DNA of 23,884 nt from Chiloscyllium plagiosum. Its lineage: Eukaryota. Both the position numbers and the translations under genes were made by a program. Location: positions 74,929,358-74,953,241 of the forward strand of contig NC_057719.1 in assembly GCF_004010195.1 (NCBI RefSeq), written 5' to 3'. The notes below the pieces were generated by a model. That model made no database searches. It was not told the DNA's origin and saw nothing but the letters and a program-made list of their open reading frames with translations. Below are positions 21,329 through 23,884 of this stretch, piece after piece (the first letter of the stretch is position 1; each line of letters starts with the position of its first letter).

Positions 21329-22509
21329 AGAGGGTCGGATAGTTCTTTTAAAGAATCAATGTAGGAGCAATGGGCTGAATGGCTTTCTGTGACCTCTATC
21401 TCCATTTTGAGCTGCACTATGACCTTTTGAAATAATTATTGCACTTTCCAAACACAGCTGTCAAATTCTTTCTAGCAGGCTGTGGTTTATTGTGTTTACC
21501 TGTTTGATTTCCTTTTCTTCCCTACTTCAGACCATTCCTCTGCCAACCTTGCCTTTCATTCCCAATGCACAAAGCCTCGCAGTTTCAGAGGACAGGGGTT
21601 TATTTGGACCCAGGAGTTCCCTTCAAATCTCCAGCTATGTATTTCCCTAACCTCATGGCAGCACAGGAACTGTAAACTTAGGTACACTCTCAGCTTTTTC
21701 TCCACCTGGATTGCAACACTTTGCAACTCTGGCCTTTGGCACTTAGGTGCCATCAGCATCCACATCTACAAATACTGCCCACTCCCCCAGCCACATCTGC
21801 ACCCTTCCCCCTCAAGGCCAGGAGAAGGGAAGATGACTGACAGGCATCCCCAGGACTCTGAGCTCAGCAAACGCCTGGCTGGCAGCCAGATGCTAACATT
21901 TAGCTTCCAGCCAGCAATACCTTAGTCTCGTCCAGCAAGGCAAAACTTAATTGGTGTTTTATTTTTCATGTAGAGCTTTATCAGTGATCCTTCTTCTGGT
22001 ACTTAACTTTTCAATGAAAGGCTAAATCTCATTATCTTCATTTATTATCTCACTTGCTGATTTATCATGGTTTGTAAAAGGAGAACCCTGAGTCTGCTTA
22101 TTGTAATGTGCTTTGTGCATTTGGAGTAACGTGCTGAGAGGTGGACAAGGGAATGGGTTTTTTGTGTCGATGAGTATTTGACGTAGTTGCTGTATTGGAA
22201 TAAATGCAACAAATCCAGTGATTGAGATAGCAGCAGGATGTGAAATACAAGAGATTCATTTTGATTTCAACGAGACAATGTTCCACTTGCCGAATAGCTG
22301 AATGAATGTGTTATTTGTTCCCTGATTTTTTAAGAAAACACATTGCTGCTTCTCTACAACTGAGGTTCCTCCTCATCCTGTGTCTTGTGCCAACCTCAAC
22401 TGCTTTGGAAGTCAGGTTGTTTGTCATCTCTCTCTCTCTACACTTTTCCCATGCAGTGGAAATGATTGGCAGGGGAATCAACAGCGTGGTAGGCTGTGAT
22501 AGGATCAGT

Positions 22510-22913
22510 CACAGAACCATAGAGGTCATAGAAGTATTATTGTGTAGAAGGAGGCCATTTGGCCCGTGGTGCCTGCACTAGTCCATTAATTGAACTGACC
22601 TGATGCCAACCTCCTGCCTTATCTCCATAGCCTTGCTCATTATTTTTATCCAGCTAACCATTCAGTGCTCTGTTGAATGCCTCAATTCCACACATTTCCA
22701 GGTTGTTCATTCCATACCCTGACTACTCGCTGAGTGAAAACATTTCTTCTCATCTCAGATTTACCCCTTTTGCGATCTCTTGAAACCCTTCTCTTGGTCT
22801 TGATCCTTTCATAAGCGGGTGTAATTTCTCCTTATTTACTCAATCCAGCCTGCTCATGATCTTGAAAAAACCAGTATCAGACCTCCTCTAAGCTTTCTGC
22901 TGTCCAAGGAGAA
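22510..22913 (-). mobile_element. Older CR1 3' end
   Basis: CATAGAGGTCATAGAA...AGAAGGAGGCCATTTGGCCC (reverse tail), CATTCCATACCCTGACTACTCGCTGAGTGAAAA (reverse of FTQRVVRVWN), CCAAGGAGAAC (reverse of FSL). Confidence 0.8.
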
Positions 22914-23106
22914 CCTTACATTGCCAGGAATCGAGCTGACACCACGGCTGGTTCTCGATGGTGGGAGGGCTTTGTAACTGTATGATCCTGAGGCTCGCTG
23001 GGGCAGTCAGAACTCCAGGGGCTCTGGTCTGTACAGGACATCCTCCTTGCTTACCCAGGGAAGGTGATGGCCTAGCAGTATTATCATTGGACTGTTACTC
23101 CAGAGA

Positions 23107-23884
23107 CAGCTACACTGGCACCACCCCCCATCTTTTCTTCCGTTACATCGATGATTGTATCGGCGCTACCTCGTGCTCCCATGAGGAGGTTGAACAGTTC
23201 ATCCACTTTACTAACACCTTCCACCCTGACCTCAAATTTACCTGGACCGTCTCAGACTCCTCCCTCCCCTTCCTAGACCTCACCATTTCTATCTCGGGTG
23301 ACCGACTCAACATAGACATTTACTGCAAACTGACCGACTCCCACAGCTACCTAGATTACACCTCCTCCCACCCTGCACCCTGTAAAAACGCCAACCCATA
23401 TTCCCAATTCCTCCGCCTCTGCCGCATCTGCTCCCAGGAGGACCAGTTCCACTACCGAACAACTCAAATGGCCTCCTTCTTCAAAGACTGCAATTTCCCC
23501 TCCGATGTGGTCGACGCGCTCTCCACCACATCTCCTCCACTTCCTGCACCTCCGCCCTTGAGCCCCGCCCCTCCAGTCGCCAACAGGACAGAACCCCACT
23601 GGTTCATCCTCCGTCATTTCCGCCACCTCCAGACAGACCCCACCACCAGGGTTTTATTTCCCTCTCCACCCCTATCAGCATTCAGGAGAGACCAGTCCCT
23701 CCGTGACTCCCTCGTTAGGTTCACACCCCCCCACCAACCCAACCTCCACTCCCGGCATCTTCCCCTGTAACCGCAAGAAATGTAAAACTTGCACCCACAC
23801 CTCCCCCCTCATCTCCCTCCAAGGCCCCAAGGGATCCTTCCATATCCGTCACAAATTCACCTGCACCTCCACACACATCATTTA
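23107..23884 (+). mobile_element. Penelope-like retroelement ORF fragment (RT C-terminus, linker, start of GIY-YIG endonuclease), 5'-truncated and frameshifted, running off the right edge
   Basis: FFRYIDDC (YIDD 23144-23155), LPFLDL, YLDYTSSHP, PYSQFLRLCRICS. In another frame from 23760: FPCNRKKCKTCTH...FTCTSTHII(Y), the Cys-rich linker and GIY-YIG entry characteristic of PLEs. Confidence 0.93.

Larger units (their letters stand above)
20045..21410 (+). mobile_element. Old CR1 3' end split in two (about 20045-20163 and 21330-21410) by a younger insertion
   Basis: Left piece GTTCTGGAATGTGCT...TTTTGCAG; right piece GGATAGTTCTTTAAAGA...AATGGGCTGAATGGC continues the same tail type. Confidence 0.55.

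Noticed and set aside
22958..23770. 270-aa ORF as a novel gene
   Set aside because: Chance fusion of non-coding flank (to ~23106) with a Penelope RT fragment that drifts out of frame near 23515.
1..23884. CRISPR array, retron/DGR or other prokaryotic RT system
   Set aside because: No regularly spaced repeats or operon structure; all RT motifs belong to fragmented eukaryotic non-LTR or Penelope elements within a spliced vertebrate gene.

Overview
Eukaryotic genomic DNA from a cartilaginous fish (inferred from the HE1-type V-SINE / CR1 repeat complement; probably a shark). The window lies inside the SMOC1 gene (+ strand). Two short coding exons are recognisable, neither picked up by the ORF track. 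The 100-nt exon at 12320-12419 encodes the second half of the first thyroglobulin type-1 domain (VQCHTFTGYCWCVTPDGKPVSGSSVKNQTPVCS). The 48-nt linker exon at 15034-15081 encodes GSVTDKPSGPSSSGRK. The rest is intron, largely filled with decayed transposable elements: at least 8 copies of one young CR1 LINE family plus older CR1s, an RTE LINE relic, an L2 3' end, HE1-type V-SINEs, a Deu-type SINE tail, a probable LTR at the left edge, a Tigger2/MER8-like MITE, and several Penelope-like element (PLE) pieces. The PLE pieces include an RT/GIY-YIG ORF fragment at the right edge and a 193-bp palindromic insert with hammerhead-ribozyme core motifs and a perfect 16-bp target-site duplication. There is a 350-N assembly gap. 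I see no prokaryotic system, CRISPR array or intact novel gene, and most ORFs in the track are TE remnants or noise. Repeat-family names and human comparisons come from recall, not database searches. The most interesting items are RNA-level: the hammerhead-bearing palindrome, the inverted CR1 pair bracketing a SMOC1 exon, and candidate alternative/poison splicing signals.
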